Part shown: one piece after another, positions 1-8,347 of the stretch
Layout: every line of letters begins with the position of its first letter
Position numbering within the stretch: position 1 is the stretch's first letter
Origin: Rhodobacter capsulatus SB 1003
Lineage (GTDB): Bacteria; Pseudomonadota; Alphaproteobacteria; Rhodobacterales; Rhodobacteraceae
DNA: 32,000 nucleotides
Assembly: GCF_000021865.1 (NCBI RefSeq)
Contig: NC_014034.1
Coordinates: forward strand, 630,001 to 662,000
Direction: 5' to 3'
Position numbers and translations under genes: made by a program
The notes under the pieces: model-generated
Told to the model about the DNA's origin: nothing
The model's database searches: none
What the model saw: the letters and a program-made list of their open reading frames with translations, nothing else

Positions 1-291
<291 letters not shown>

Positions 292-311
292 CGGCATCGC
301 CGCGCAACCTG

Positions 312-344
312 CCGGGCCGCCCCGTGGCCCGGCCTTTTCCCTTT
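312..344 (+). terminator. Hairpin plus T-rich tract between anfK and anfO (possible partial terminator or attenuator)
   Basis: CCGGGCC (312-318) pairs with GGCCCGG (326-332) around a 7-nt loop, followed by CCTTTTCCCTTTCG. It lies 21 nt after the anfK stop and just before the AGGAG RBS (351-355) of anfO. Confidence 0.4.
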
Positions 345-361
345 CGCGTCAGGAGCTTCCC

Positions 362-1042
362 ATGCAGATCGCGGTTTTTCTGGACGACACCGGCCAGCCC
401 GTCAGCCTGAACGCCCCGGGTCGGCTGGTCCTTTACGAGGGCAGCGGCGATGACTGGCGGCTTGTCGAGGACTGGCCGCTGGAATTGCCGCGCGCGGGCG
501 GCATCGCGGCCCTGCGCGCCGCCGTCGAACGCATGGTCTTCGCGCTTGCCCCCTGCACCGTGCTGATCTCGGCCGAGGTGCGCGGCTATGTCTATTCGCT
601 CTTGCAGGAACAATACGGCTTTTCCGTCTGGCGCTCGACCGGGCCCGTCGAGGCGATGCTCGCCTCGGTCTGCGTGGGCGAGGAGGAACGGGCGCGTGAG
701 GCCGCCTGTTGCGACACGAAACCCGAGGCCGGTTGCGGCAGCTGCGGCAGCAAGGTCACCGCGATTTCCCCGCCGCCCGAGGTGCAGGCGGAAGACCGCC
801 CCGACGGCAGCCGCTTCATCGATCTGGCCGCGACGCTTGCCGCCGATGCGCGGCACAATTCGCGTTCGGTCCTGGGGCCGGTCCTTGCGGCCGAACCGTT
901 CCGCCCGCTCTCGATCCGCATGGATCATCAACCGCGCTGGTTCGCCCGCACCCTGCGCGCCATGGGCCTGCGCTTCACCGAAGACCGCCGCGAGGGCGCG
1001 CTATTCGTGACCGTCACCTTGGAAAAGGAACTTGCGCAATGA
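362..1042 (+). CDS. anfO: Fe-only nitrogenase accessory protein AnfO
   Basis: ATG 362 lies 6 nt after AGGAG. The product starts MQIAVFLDDTGQPVSLNAPGRLVLYEG..., sits directly after anfK, and carries a Cys cluster CCDTKPEAGCGSC. The longer 212..1042 ORF overlaps anfK and has no RBS. Confidence 0.8.
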   Translation: MQIAVFLDDTGQPVSLNAPGRLVLYEGSGDDWRLVEDWPLELPRAGGIAALRAAVERMVFALAPCTVLISAEVRGYVYSLLQEQYGFSVWRSTGPVEAMLASVCVGEEERAREAACCDTKPEAGCGSCGSKVTAISPPPEVQAEDRPDGSRFIDLAATLAADARHNSRSVLGPVLAAEPFRPLSIRMDHQPRWFARTLRAMGLRFTEDRREGALFVTVTLEKELAQ

Positions 1043-1560
1043 AACAGGTGCTTGTTTTCGCTTACGGACTGGATCTGCACCCCGAGGAGATCGGCAAGCT
1101 TTGCCCTTCGGCCAAACCCCTCGCCCGGGCCAGTGCGCGCGGTTGGCGGATCGGGTTTTTCGGCCATTCGCGGGTCTGGGACGGGGCCGAGGAAAGCCTG
1201 ATCCCCGATCCCGACGCCCATGTGCCCGGCGTGATCTATGCGCTGGCGCCGTCCGAGGCCGAGATGCTGGAGGCCGCGCGCGGGGTCAAGCTGAACGGCA
1301 CCGGGCGGTATTTTCACACCCCCATCGATGTCGTGACCGAAGATGGCCTGTCCCTGGGCGCGGTGGCGCTGATCAAGACCGAACGGCGGGCGGAAAGACC
1401 GCCCAGCCGCCCCTATCGCGACCGCATCGCCGAAGGGGCGCGGCTGCACGGGCTTGACCCCGATTACATCGCCGCGCTTGCGGCGCTGCCCGCCACCGAG
1501 CCCGCCTATCCGGTGCCGATGGCAATCCAATTGCCGATCTTTGCCGGCTCCTGCTGTTGA
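1039..1560 (+). CDS. Gamma-glutamylcyclotransferase/AIG2-like fold protein at the anf2 (anfR-equivalent?) position
   Basis: ATG 1039 overlaps the anfO stop (ATGA, 1039-1042). The N-terminus MKQVLVFAYGLDL resembles the GGCT-family (F/Y)AYGS(N/L) motif. The acidic segment LAPSEAEMLEAARGV...GRYFHTPIDV fits an AIG2-like core. Confidence 0.7.
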   Translation: MKQVLVFAYGLDLHPEEIGKLCPSAKPLARASARGWRIGFFGHSRVWDGAEESLIPDPDAHVPGVIYALAPSEAEMLEAARGVKLNGTGRYFHTPIDVVTEDGLSLGAVALIKTERRAERPPSRPYRDRIAEGARLHGLDPDYIAALAALPATEPAYPVPMAIQLPIFAGSCC

Positions 1561-1568
1561 AAGGAAAG

Positions 1569-2222
1569 ATGATGACCGAGACCCAAGCGCCGACCGAGCG
1601 CACCCGCCTGAAGCGCTACCATTGGCTGGCCGCCTATGACCGCGCCACCATCGATGCGATCATCGATGCCGCGCTGGTGTGCCAGATCGGCTATGTCGTC
1701 GAGGGCGCGCCGATCGTGACGCCGACCTGCCACTGGCGGATGGGCGATCACGTCTATTGGCACGGCTCTTCCGCCAGCCGGATGCTGCGCGCTCAGGAAA
1801 GCGGCGTGCCGGTCTGTTTCTCGGTCACGCATCTGGACGGGGTGGCCTTTTCGCGCGCGGCCTTTGATCACAACATCCTGTATCGCTCGGTTATGGCATT
1901 CGGCAAAACCGAGCTGGTCGAGGGCGCGGACAAGAAGACCGCGCTGGAAGCTTTTGTCACCCGTCTGGCGCCCGGTCTGTGGGACTATGCCCGCCCGCCG
2001 ACCGAACAGGAATGGAAAGCGTCAAAGGTGATCCGGATGAAGCTGGACGAGGTCTCGGCCAAGGTCGCCGCGGGCCTGCCCGAGGAAGACGAAGCCGATC
2101 TGGCGCTCGATCTCTGGGCCGGGCATGTGCCGGTGCGGATGGTGACAGAGGCCCCGGTGCCCGATCCGAAACTGCGCCCCGGCATCGCGATGCCCGATTT
2201 CGTCCGCGCCTTCGGGCTTTGA
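1569..2222 (+). CDS. anf3: Anf3-type pyridoxamine-5'-phosphate-oxidase-like flavoprotein
   Basis: The product is MMTETQAPTERTRLKRYHWLAAYDRATIDAIID...CHWRMGDHVYWHGS..., a PNPOx-like (COG3467-type) pattern in third position after anfO. The SD AAGGAAAG lies at 1561-1568. Alternative starts are TTG 1557 (TTGA overlap with the upstream stop) and ATG 1572. Confidence 0.78.
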   Translation: MMTETQAPTERTRLKRYHWLAAYDRATIDAIIDAALVCQIGYVVEGAPIVTPTCHWRMGDHVYWHGSSASRMLRAQESGVPVCFSVTHLDGVAFSRAAFDHNILYRSVMAFGKTELVEGADKKTALEAFVTRLAPGLWDYARPPTEQEWKASKVIRMKLDEVSAKVAAGLPEEDEADLALDLWAGHVPVRMVTEAPVPDPKLRPGIAMPDFVRAFGL

Positions 2223-2225
2223 GGG

Positions 2226-2249
2226 CCGCTGCCTGGCGCGGCGCAGCGG
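2226..2249. terminator. Hairpin in the 35-bp convergent gap between anf3 and the Hyi-like gene
   Basis: CCGCTGC (2226-2232) pairs with GCAGCGG (2243-2249) around a 10-nt loop. There is no clear U-tract on either strand. Confidence 0.3.
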
Positions 2250-2257
2250 GTTGATCC

Positions 2258-3031
2258 TCAGCCGCCAGGCTTCTTGCGTTTCTTCGGTGCCGCCACCGGC
2301 GCGGGCGGCATCCAGCCCAAGCCCGCCGCGGTCGTCAGCTTCGGCGTGTAATCGGCGCTGATCCAGCCCTTGTAGCCCGCCGCCGCAAGCTGGTTCAGGA
2401 AACCGGCCACATCGACCCCGTCCAGGCCCGGCTCGGCCCGGTCGGGCGCCGAGGCCAGCGCAACATGGCGCAGATCGGCGCCGAAGCGTTCGGCCACCGC
2501 CGCGGGGGCATCGCCCAGGGCCACGGCCGTCGCGGTATCCAGACACAGGCCCAGATTGTCCGCATCGACCTCGGCCAGCAGTTCGGCCAGCTGATCGTAG
2601 CTTTGCAGAAAACTGCCCCCGGGCCGCGGCGCCAGGGTGAAGACGCGCCTCGGCGCCTCGGCCACGGCCCAGCGCAGATTGCGCAGAAGCGTCCCGGTGT
2701 CGCCTTCGGGCCCGGTCAAAATCTCGATCGCGCCGGGTTTCAGCACCTCGGCATAGCGCAGCATCCGCTTGAAATCGCGCTGAAACCGCTCCTCTCCCCC
2801 CGGTGTTGCGGCAAAGCCCGGGGGGGCGCCGGTGTAATTCGGCGGCGGCGCCTGCATCGCCGCAAACATCAGCCCCGAGAGCACCAGCCGGTCGCGCAGA
2901 TCCTGCACCGGCCCGTCATAGGGCGAGGCGAGGCTTACCCCCGCAAAACCCGCCGCCTGCGCCGCCGAAAACCGTGCCGCAAAGGGCAGTTCCTGAAACA
3001 GCACCGTCAGATCGGCGGCCAGTTTGATCAT
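2258..3031 (-). CDS. Hydroxypyruvate isomerase-like TIM-barrel (xylose isomerase-like fold) protein
   Basis: MIKLAADLTVLFQELPFAARFSAAQAAGFAGV... is the typical Hyi-family N-terminus. Its ATG (3031) overlaps the upstream DUF1285 stop by ATGA. Confidence 0.7.
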   Translation of the reverse strand: MIKLAADLTVLFQELPFAARFSAAQAAGFAGVSLASPYDGPVQDLRDRLVLSGLMFAAMQAPPPNYTGAPPGFAATPGGEERFQRDFKRMLRYAEVLKPGAIEILTGPEGDTGTLLRNLRWAVAEAPRRVFTLAPRPGGSFLQSYDQLAELLAEVDADNLGLCLDTATAVALGDAPAAVAERFGADLRHVALASAPDRAEPGLDGVDVAGFLNQLAAAGYKGWISADYTPKLTTAAGLGWMPPAPVAAPKKRKKPGG

Positions 3032-3615
3032 GAAATCTCCGCCATCCGCTGGATCGGAAAGAACACCCCGCCCGAGGTCAGCCCAAGCCAGTCCTCGCCC
3101 GCATGCGGGCCGGGCGCGGCCAGATCGACCAGCCGGTAAAAGGTCTTGCGGTCGATCCGCGCCTCAAGGCCCCGGCGCACATGCAGATAGGGCCGTGGCT
3201 CGCCATCCGCCGCGATCTCCACCCGGATCGGATGGTCCGGGCCTGCCACCACCTCGTCGCCCACATTGGTCACGAAGCGCAGATCCCCCGCCTCGGCGGT
3301 GCAATCGACGGCAAGGAAGGGCGCGTCCTGCACCCGGATGCCGACCTTTTCGACCGGGGTCACCAGATAGAACCTGCCGTCTTCCAGCTTCAGCACCGAT
3401 GCGAAGAGCCGCACCAGAGCCTCGCGGCCGATCGGCGTGCCCAGATAGAACCAGGTCCCGTCGCGGCGGATCTCGATGTCCAGATCGCCGCAAAAGGGCG
3501 GGTCCCACAGATGCACCGGCGGCGGCCCCTTGGCCCCGGCTTTCGTCACGGCTGCGGCGATCCCCTCGGCACTCGGCGGCTTCACGGCGATTTGTGGCGC
3601 GGCTGTCTCGGTCAT
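3028..3615 (-). CDS. DUF1285 family protein
   Basis: It is the C-terminal 195 aa of the 716-aa track ORF. It starts at ATG 3615 (MTETAAPQIAVKPP...) and carries the DUF1285-like core HLWDPPFCGDLDIEIRRDGTWFYLGTPIGREALVRLFASVLK...YLVTPVEKVGI. The upstream part of that ORF is Arg/Gly-rich and antisense to moxR. Confidence 0.78.
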   Translation of the reverse strand: MTETAAPQIAVKPPSAEGIAAAVTKAGAKGPPPVHLWDPPFCGDLDIEIRRDGTWFYLGTPIGREALVRLFASVLKLEDGRFYLVTPVEKVGIRVQDAPFLAVDCTAEAGDLRFVTNVGDEVVAGPDHPIRVEIAADGEPRPYLHVRRGLEARIDRKTFYRLVDLAAPGPHAGEDWLGLTSGGVFFPIQRMAEIS

Positions 3616-3687
3616 CTTCTCTTTGTGGTTGGGCTGCGGCGGTTTATCTGTTTCTCTACCCGTATAACGCGCAACCGGAGCCCTGTC

Positions 3688-4701
3688 ATGACCGAGACCG
3701 ATACCCTTCTGGCCGAGATCGAGGCTCTGGGCAGCAAACTGGGCGCCGCCCGTGCCTCGGTGAACCGCCGCTTCATCGGGCAGGAACGCGTGGTGGAGCT
3801 GACCTTGGCCGCGCTTTTGTCGGGCGGGCATGCGCTGCTGGTCGGCCTGCCGGGGTTGGGCAAGACGATGCTGGTGGACACGCTGGCCACGGTGATGGGC
3901 CTTGCCCCCGCCCGCATCCAGTTCACCCCCGATCTGATGCCCGCCGACATTCTTGGCTCCGAGGTGCTGGAAACCGCCGCCGACGGCAGCCGGGCGTTCC
4001 GGTTTCTGGAAGGGCCGATCTTCTGCCAGCTTCTGATGGCCGACGAGATCAACCGCGCCAGCCCCCGCACGCAATCGGCGCTGTTGCAGGCGATGCAGGA
4101 ACGCGAGGTGACGGTGGCGGGCGTGCATCGGCCGCTCGGACCGCCCTTTCATGTGCTGGCGACGCAAAACCCGATCGAGCAGGAGGGGACCTATCCCCTG
4201 CCCGAGGCGCAGCTGGACCGCTTCCTCGTGCAGGTCGATGTCGACTATCCGACCCGCGCCACCGAACGCGACATTCTTCTGGCCACGACCGGGGTCGAGG
4301 CCGCCCGCGCCATCGCCGTCTTCACCCCGGCAGAGCTGATCGCGGCGCAGCAGCTGGTGCGTCGCATGCCGGTCGGCGATCGTGTGGTCGAGGCGATCCT
4401 GGATCTGGTCCGCGCCTGCCGCCCCGGCGAGCCCGAGGCGCTGCCCGTCATCCGCGACAGCCTGGCCTGGGGCCCCGGTCCGCGCGCGGCACAGGCGCTG
4501 ATGCTGACGGTGCGGGCGCGGGCGCTGCTCAATGGTCGTCTGGCGCCGGGCATCGACGATGTGGCGGCGCTCGCCCGTCCGGTGCTCAGCCACCGCATGG
4601 CGCTGACCTTCGCCGCCCGCGCGCGCGGCGAAACCCTGTCCGCGATCATCGCCCGCGCCGTGACCGAGGTTCTGGGGACCGAAGCCGAGGCCGCCGCGTG
4701 A
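3688..4701 (+). CDS. MoxR-family AAA+ ATPase
   Basis: Walker A GLPGLGKT, Walker B LLMADEINRASPRTQSALLQAMQE, and ATQNPIEQEGTYPLPEAQLDRF. The ATG at 3688 gives a 337-aa product. Confidence 0.92.
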   Translation: MTETDTLLAEIEALGSKLGAARASVNRRFIGQERVVELTLAALLSGGHALLVGLPGLGKTMLVDTLATVMGLAPARIQFTPDLMPADILGSEVLETAADGSRAFRFLEGPIFCQLLMADEINRASPRTQSALLQAMQEREVTVAGVHRPLGPPFHVLATQNPIEQEGTYPLPEAQLDRFLVQVDVDYPTRATERDILLATTGVEAARAIAVFTPAELIAAQQLVRRMPVGDRVVEAILDLVRACRPGEPEALPVIRDSLAWGPGPRAAQALMLTVRARALLNGRLAPGIDDVAALARPVLSHRMALTFAARARGETLSAIIARAVTEVLGTEAEAAA

Positions 4702-5606
4702 GCGACCCCCTTCCCGATGCGGCGGCACGCGATCTGCGCCGGGCCGCCGAGGCGGAAGCCGCGGCCCTGCCCGCGCTGCTGATCGCCGCCGAACATCTGG
4801 CCAACACCGTGCAGATGGGCGGCCATGGGCGCCGCCGCGCGGGTGCGGGCGAGGAATTCTGGCAATACCGCCCCGCCCATTCCGGCGACGAGGCCCGTTT
4901 TGTAGACTGGCGCCGCTCGGCCCGGTCTGACGCGCAATTCGTCCGCGACCGCGAGGCGCAGCTGGCGCAATCGCTCTGCCTTTGGGTCGATCCGGCGGCT
5001 TCGATGCGCTTTTCCGGCGCCGAGACCGGCCGCAAGGCCCGGCCCGAGAAACAGACCCGCGCCCGGCTTCTGGTGCTGGCGCTGGCGATTTCCGCGCTGC
5101 GGGCGGGGGAACGGGTGGGGCTTGCAAGCCCGCTGGCGCCGCCGCGGCCGGGCAGGGCGCAGCTGCTGACGCTGGCACAGGCGCTTTTGGCCGAAAGCTC
5201 GGCGCAGGACCATGTCGCCCCCGATCTGTCGGCCGTGGCGCCGCAGGCGCGGCTGGTGCTGCTGTCGGATTTCTTCGCCGATCCCGCGGCGCTTGAAGCC
5301 GCGCTTGCGGGCGTGGCCGGGCGCGGCGTGACCGGCGTCCTGCTGCAAGTGCTGGATCCGGCCGAGGAAGATTTTCCCTATGACGGCCGCACCGTCTTCA
5401 CCTCGATGGCGGGCGGGCTGCGGTTCGAAACCCGCGAGGCGGGCGATCTGCGCGCCCGCTACCGGGCACGTCTGGCCGAGCGGCGCGACCGCATCGCCCG
5501 CATCGCCGAGCGCGCGGGCTTCGCCTTTTCCAGCCACCACACCGGCGTCCCGGCGCAGGCGGCGCTTTTGTGGCTGCATGGCGCGCTGGCGGGGGGCTGG
5601 CGATGA
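4698..5606 (+). CDS. DUF58 domain protein (MoxR partner, vWA-related)
   Basis: GTG 4698 overlaps the moxR stop (GTGA). The product contains ...GGHGRRRAGAGEEFWQYRPAHSGDEARFVDWRRSAR...LVLLSDFF..., a typical DUF58 pattern. The first 558 codons of the 860-aa track ORF are an Arg/Pro artefact. Confidence 0.85.
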   Translation: MSDPLPDAAARDLRRAAEAEAAALPALLIAAEHLANTVQMGGHGRRRAGAGEEFWQYRPAHSGDEARFVDWRRSARSDAQFVRDREAQLAQSLCLWVDPAASMRFSGAETGRKARPEKQTRARLLVLALAISALRAGERVGLASPLAPPRPGRAQLLTLAQALLAESSAQDHVAPDLSAVAPQARLVLLSDFFADPAALEAALAGVAGRGVTGVLLQVLDPAEEDFPYDGRTVFTSMAGGLRFETREAGDLRARYRARLAERRDRIARIAERAGFAFSSHHTGVPAQAALLWLHGALAGGWR

Positions 5607-8347
5607 CGATGCTGGGCCCGCTTGGCTTTACCGCGCCGTGGTTGCTTCTTGGCCTTGTCGCGCTGCCGCTGCTGTGGTGGCTGTTGCGCGCCACGCCGCC
5701 CGCGCCGGTCCGGCGCCGCTTTCCGGGCGTGGCGCTGCTGCTTGGCCTGACCGATGCGGCGGTGCAGGCCGAGCGCACGCCCTGGTGGCTTCTGGCGCTG
5801 CGGATGTTGGCGCTGGCCGCCGCGATCTTCGGCTTTGCCGGGCCGGTGCTGCATCCTGCGCCGCCTGATCCCGCGCGCGGGCCGCTTTTGATCCTGGAAG
5901 ACGGCAGCTGGGCCTCGGCCGCGGATTGGCCGCGCCGGACCGAGCGGCTGGCCCGCGCCCTGACCGAGGCTGCCGCGGCGGGCCGTCCGGTGGCGCTGAT
6001 CTCGCTGGCCGATCCGCCCCCGGCGCCGCCGCCCTTTGGCGATGCTCGCGATCTGCTGGCCGGCCTGCCCGGGGTGCAGCCGCAAGCCTGGGAGCCCTCG
6101 ATCGACCTTGATCCGGCGGCGATCCTGCCCGCGGGCCGCCATGACACGCTTTGGCTGTCGGACGGGCTCGCCCGTGCCAGCCGGGCGCCGCTGACGCGCG
6201 CGGTGCAGGCACAGGGCGCGCTGACGGTCTGGCAGCCTGCCGCGCCGGTGCTGGCCCTTGGCGCGGCGAGCGTGGAAGGCACCAAGTTGCATCTACCGCT
6301 CTACGCCTCGGCACCCGTCAGTCGCACGTTTGAAATCGCCGCGCTGGGTGCCGATCCCTCGGGGTTGGAACGCGAGCTCGCCCGTCAGCCGGTCACGCTG
6401 CGCGATCAGGCGCAGGCCGAGGCCGTCTTCGATCTGCCGCCCGAATTGCGCAACCGCATCACCCGCTTCGAGATTTCCGGCCTGCGTTCGGCGGGGGCCG
6501 TCAGCCTGACCGACGATGCGCTGAAGCGGCGCAAGGTGGCGCTGATCTCTGGCAGTTCCGCGCGCGAGGGGCTCGAGCTGCTGGCCCCCACTCATTACCT
6601 GCATCAGGCGCTGGCGCCCTCGGCCGATCTGATCGAGGCAACGCTGGCCGATGCCCTGCCGGTGCAGCCTGATGTGATCATTCTGGCCGATGTCGGCGAG
6701 GTGGCGGAAACCGCCGCCTTGCAGGGCTGGGTCGAAAAGGGCGGCATGCTGATCCGCTTTGCCGGGCCGCGGCTGGCGGCGGCCGATAGCGCGGCCGATC
6801 CGCTGTTGCCGGTGCGGCTGCGTCAGGGCGGGCGGTCGGTCGGCGGCACGATGAGCTGGGGCGCGCCGCGCAAGCTGGCCCCCTTTGCCGGGACCTCGCC
6901 CTTTGCCGGGCTGATCCTGCCCGACGAGGTCACCGTGCGCGAACAGGTTCTGGCCGAGCCCGACCCCGATCTGGGCGCGCGCACCATTGCCGCGCTGGCC
7001 GATGGCACGCCCTTGGTCACCCGCAAGGCGCTGGGGCAGGGGGCGGTGGTGCTGTTTCACGTCACGGCGAATGCGGAATGGTCGAACCTGCCGCTCTCGG
7101 GGCTGTTTCCGCAGATGCTGGAGCGGCTTTCCGTCTCTGCCCGGCCCGTTGCCCCCACCGCCGAGGATCTGGCCGGGCAAAGCTTCACCCCGCGCAAGCG
7201 TCTGGACGGGTTCGGGCTTTTGACGCCGACCGAGGCCGAGGCGGGGGTGAGGGGCGAGGATCTGGCCGAGGGCCCGCCCGGCCCCGATCTGCCGCCCGGG
7301 CTTTACGCGACCGAGGATCAGGTTCTGGCGCTGAACGCGCTGCCGCGCGGACGGCAGCTGGCGCCTGCGCTCTGGCCCGCGGGGGTGACGCGCGAGGGCG
7401 AGACCGCGCCGAAGCAGAGGCCGCTGGCCGGGCTGGCGCTGGCCGCGGCGCTGATGGCGCTGATGGCCGATATTCTGGCGACGCTGGCGCTGTCGGGGCG
7501 GCTGCGCGGCCCGCGCGCGGCGGCGGTGATCGCGCTGGCCGTGCTGCTGCTGCCCAGCCCGCCGCAGGCGCAGACGATGCCCGGGCCCATGTCCGAGGCG
7601 CGGGCGATCGAAGCCGCGTCGAACGTGGTTTTCGCCACTGTGCCGAGTGGCGATGCGGGGGTCGATCAGGTCGCGATGGCGGGGCTGCGCGGGCTGGGCC
7701 AGACCCTGACGCGGCGCACCACCGTCGAGCCGTCCGAGCCGATGCAGCTCGATCTGGAAGCCGATGATCTGGCGCTGTTCACGCTGATCTACTGGCCGGT
7801 GACCGAGACCGCGCCGACGCCGTCGCCCGCGGCCTATGCGAAACTGAACCGCTATCTGCGCGGCGGCGGCATGATCCTGTTCGACACCCGCGACGCCGAT
7901 CTGGCGGGCTTCGGGGCGGCGACCGGGGCCGGGCGGCGGCTGCAGGCTTTGGCCGCGCCGCTCGACATTCCGCCGCTGGAACCGCTGCCCGCCGATCACG
8001 TTCTGACGCGCAGCTTTTATCTGTTGCAGACGATGCCCGGCCGCCATGACGGCCCGATCTGGGTCGAGGCCGCCCCCGTGGATGCCGAACAGGCCGAGGG
8101 GATGCCGTTTCGCAACCTCAATGACGGGGTGACGCCGGTGGTGATCGGCGGCAACGATTGGGCCGCGGCCTGGGCGGTTGATGACGTGGGCCAGCCGATG
8201 TTCCCGGTCGGCCGCGGTCAGGCGGGCGAACGCCAGCGCGAGATTGCCGCGCGGTTCGGGGTCAATCTGGTCATGCATGTGCTGACCGGGAATTACAAAT
8301 CCGATCAGGTGCATGTGCCTGCGCTTCTGGAAAGGCTCGGGCAATGA
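5603..8347 (+). CDS. Large membrane protein with a BatA_N-like N-terminal double-TM region and a DUF4159-like C-terminal domain
   Basis: ATG 5603 overlaps the DUF58 stop (ATGA). The N-terminus is MTMLGPLGFTAPWLLLGLVALPLLWWLLRATPP. The C-terminus is ...LIYWPVTE...GGGMILFDTRD...VIGGNDWAAAW...NLVMHVLTGNYKSDQVHVPALLERL. Confidence 0.8.
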   Translation: MTMLGPLGFTAPWLLLGLVALPLLWWLLRATPPAPVRRRFPGVALLLGLTDAAVQAERTPWWLLALRMLALAAAIFGFAGPVLHPAPPDPARGPLLILEDGSWASAADWPRRTERLARALTEAAAAGRPVALISLADPPPAPPPFGDARDLLAGLPGVQPQAWEPSIDLDPAAILPAGRHDTLWLSDGLARASRAPLTRAVQAQGALTVWQPAAPVLALGAASVEGTKLHLPLYASAPVSRTFEIAALGADPSGLERELARQPVTLRDQAQAEAVFDLPPELRNRITRFEISGLRSAGAVSLTDDALKRRKVALISGSSAREGLELLAPTHYLHQALAPSADLIEATLADALPVQPDVIILADVGEVAETAALQGWVEKGGMLIRFAGPRLAAADSAADPLLPVRLRQGGRSVGGTMSWGAPRKLAPFAGTSPFAGLILPDEVTVREQVLAEPDPDLGARTIAALADGTPLVTRKALGQGAVVLFHVTANAEWSNLPLSGLFPQMLERLSVSARPVAPTAEDLAGQSFTPRKRLDGFGLLTPTEAEAGVRGEDLAEGPPGPDLPPGLYATEDQVLALNALPRGRQLAPALWPAGVTREGETAPKQRPLAGLALAAALMALMADILATLALSGRLRGPRAAAVIALAVLLLPSPPQAQTMPGPMSEARAIEAASNVVFATVPSGDAGVDQVAMAGLRGLGQTLTRRTTVEPSEPMQLDLEADDLALFTLIYWPVTETAPTPSPAAYAKLNRYLRGGGMILFDTRDADLAGFGAATGAGRRLQALAAPLDIPPLEPLPADHVLTRSFYLLQTMPGRHDGPIWVEAAPVDAEQAEGMPFRNLNDGVTPVVIGGNDWAAAWAVDDVGQPMFPVGRGQAGERQREIAARFGVNLVMHVLTGNYKSDQVHVPALLERLGQ

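Noticed and set aside
3024-4697. First 558 codons of the 860-aa + strand track ORF (3024..5606).
   Set aside because: The translation is Arg/Pro/Gly-rich and low in complexity. It overlaps the well-supported DUF1285 (-) and moxR (+) genes in another frame. The recognisable DUF58 sequence begins only at GTG 4698, which overlaps the moxR stop.
3616-5178. Upstream 521 codons of the 716-aa minus-strand ORF (3028..5178).
   Set aside because: It is antisense to moxR and DUF58 with an Arg/Gly/Pro-rich translation. Only the last 195 aa (from ATG 3615) look like a real DUF1285 protein.
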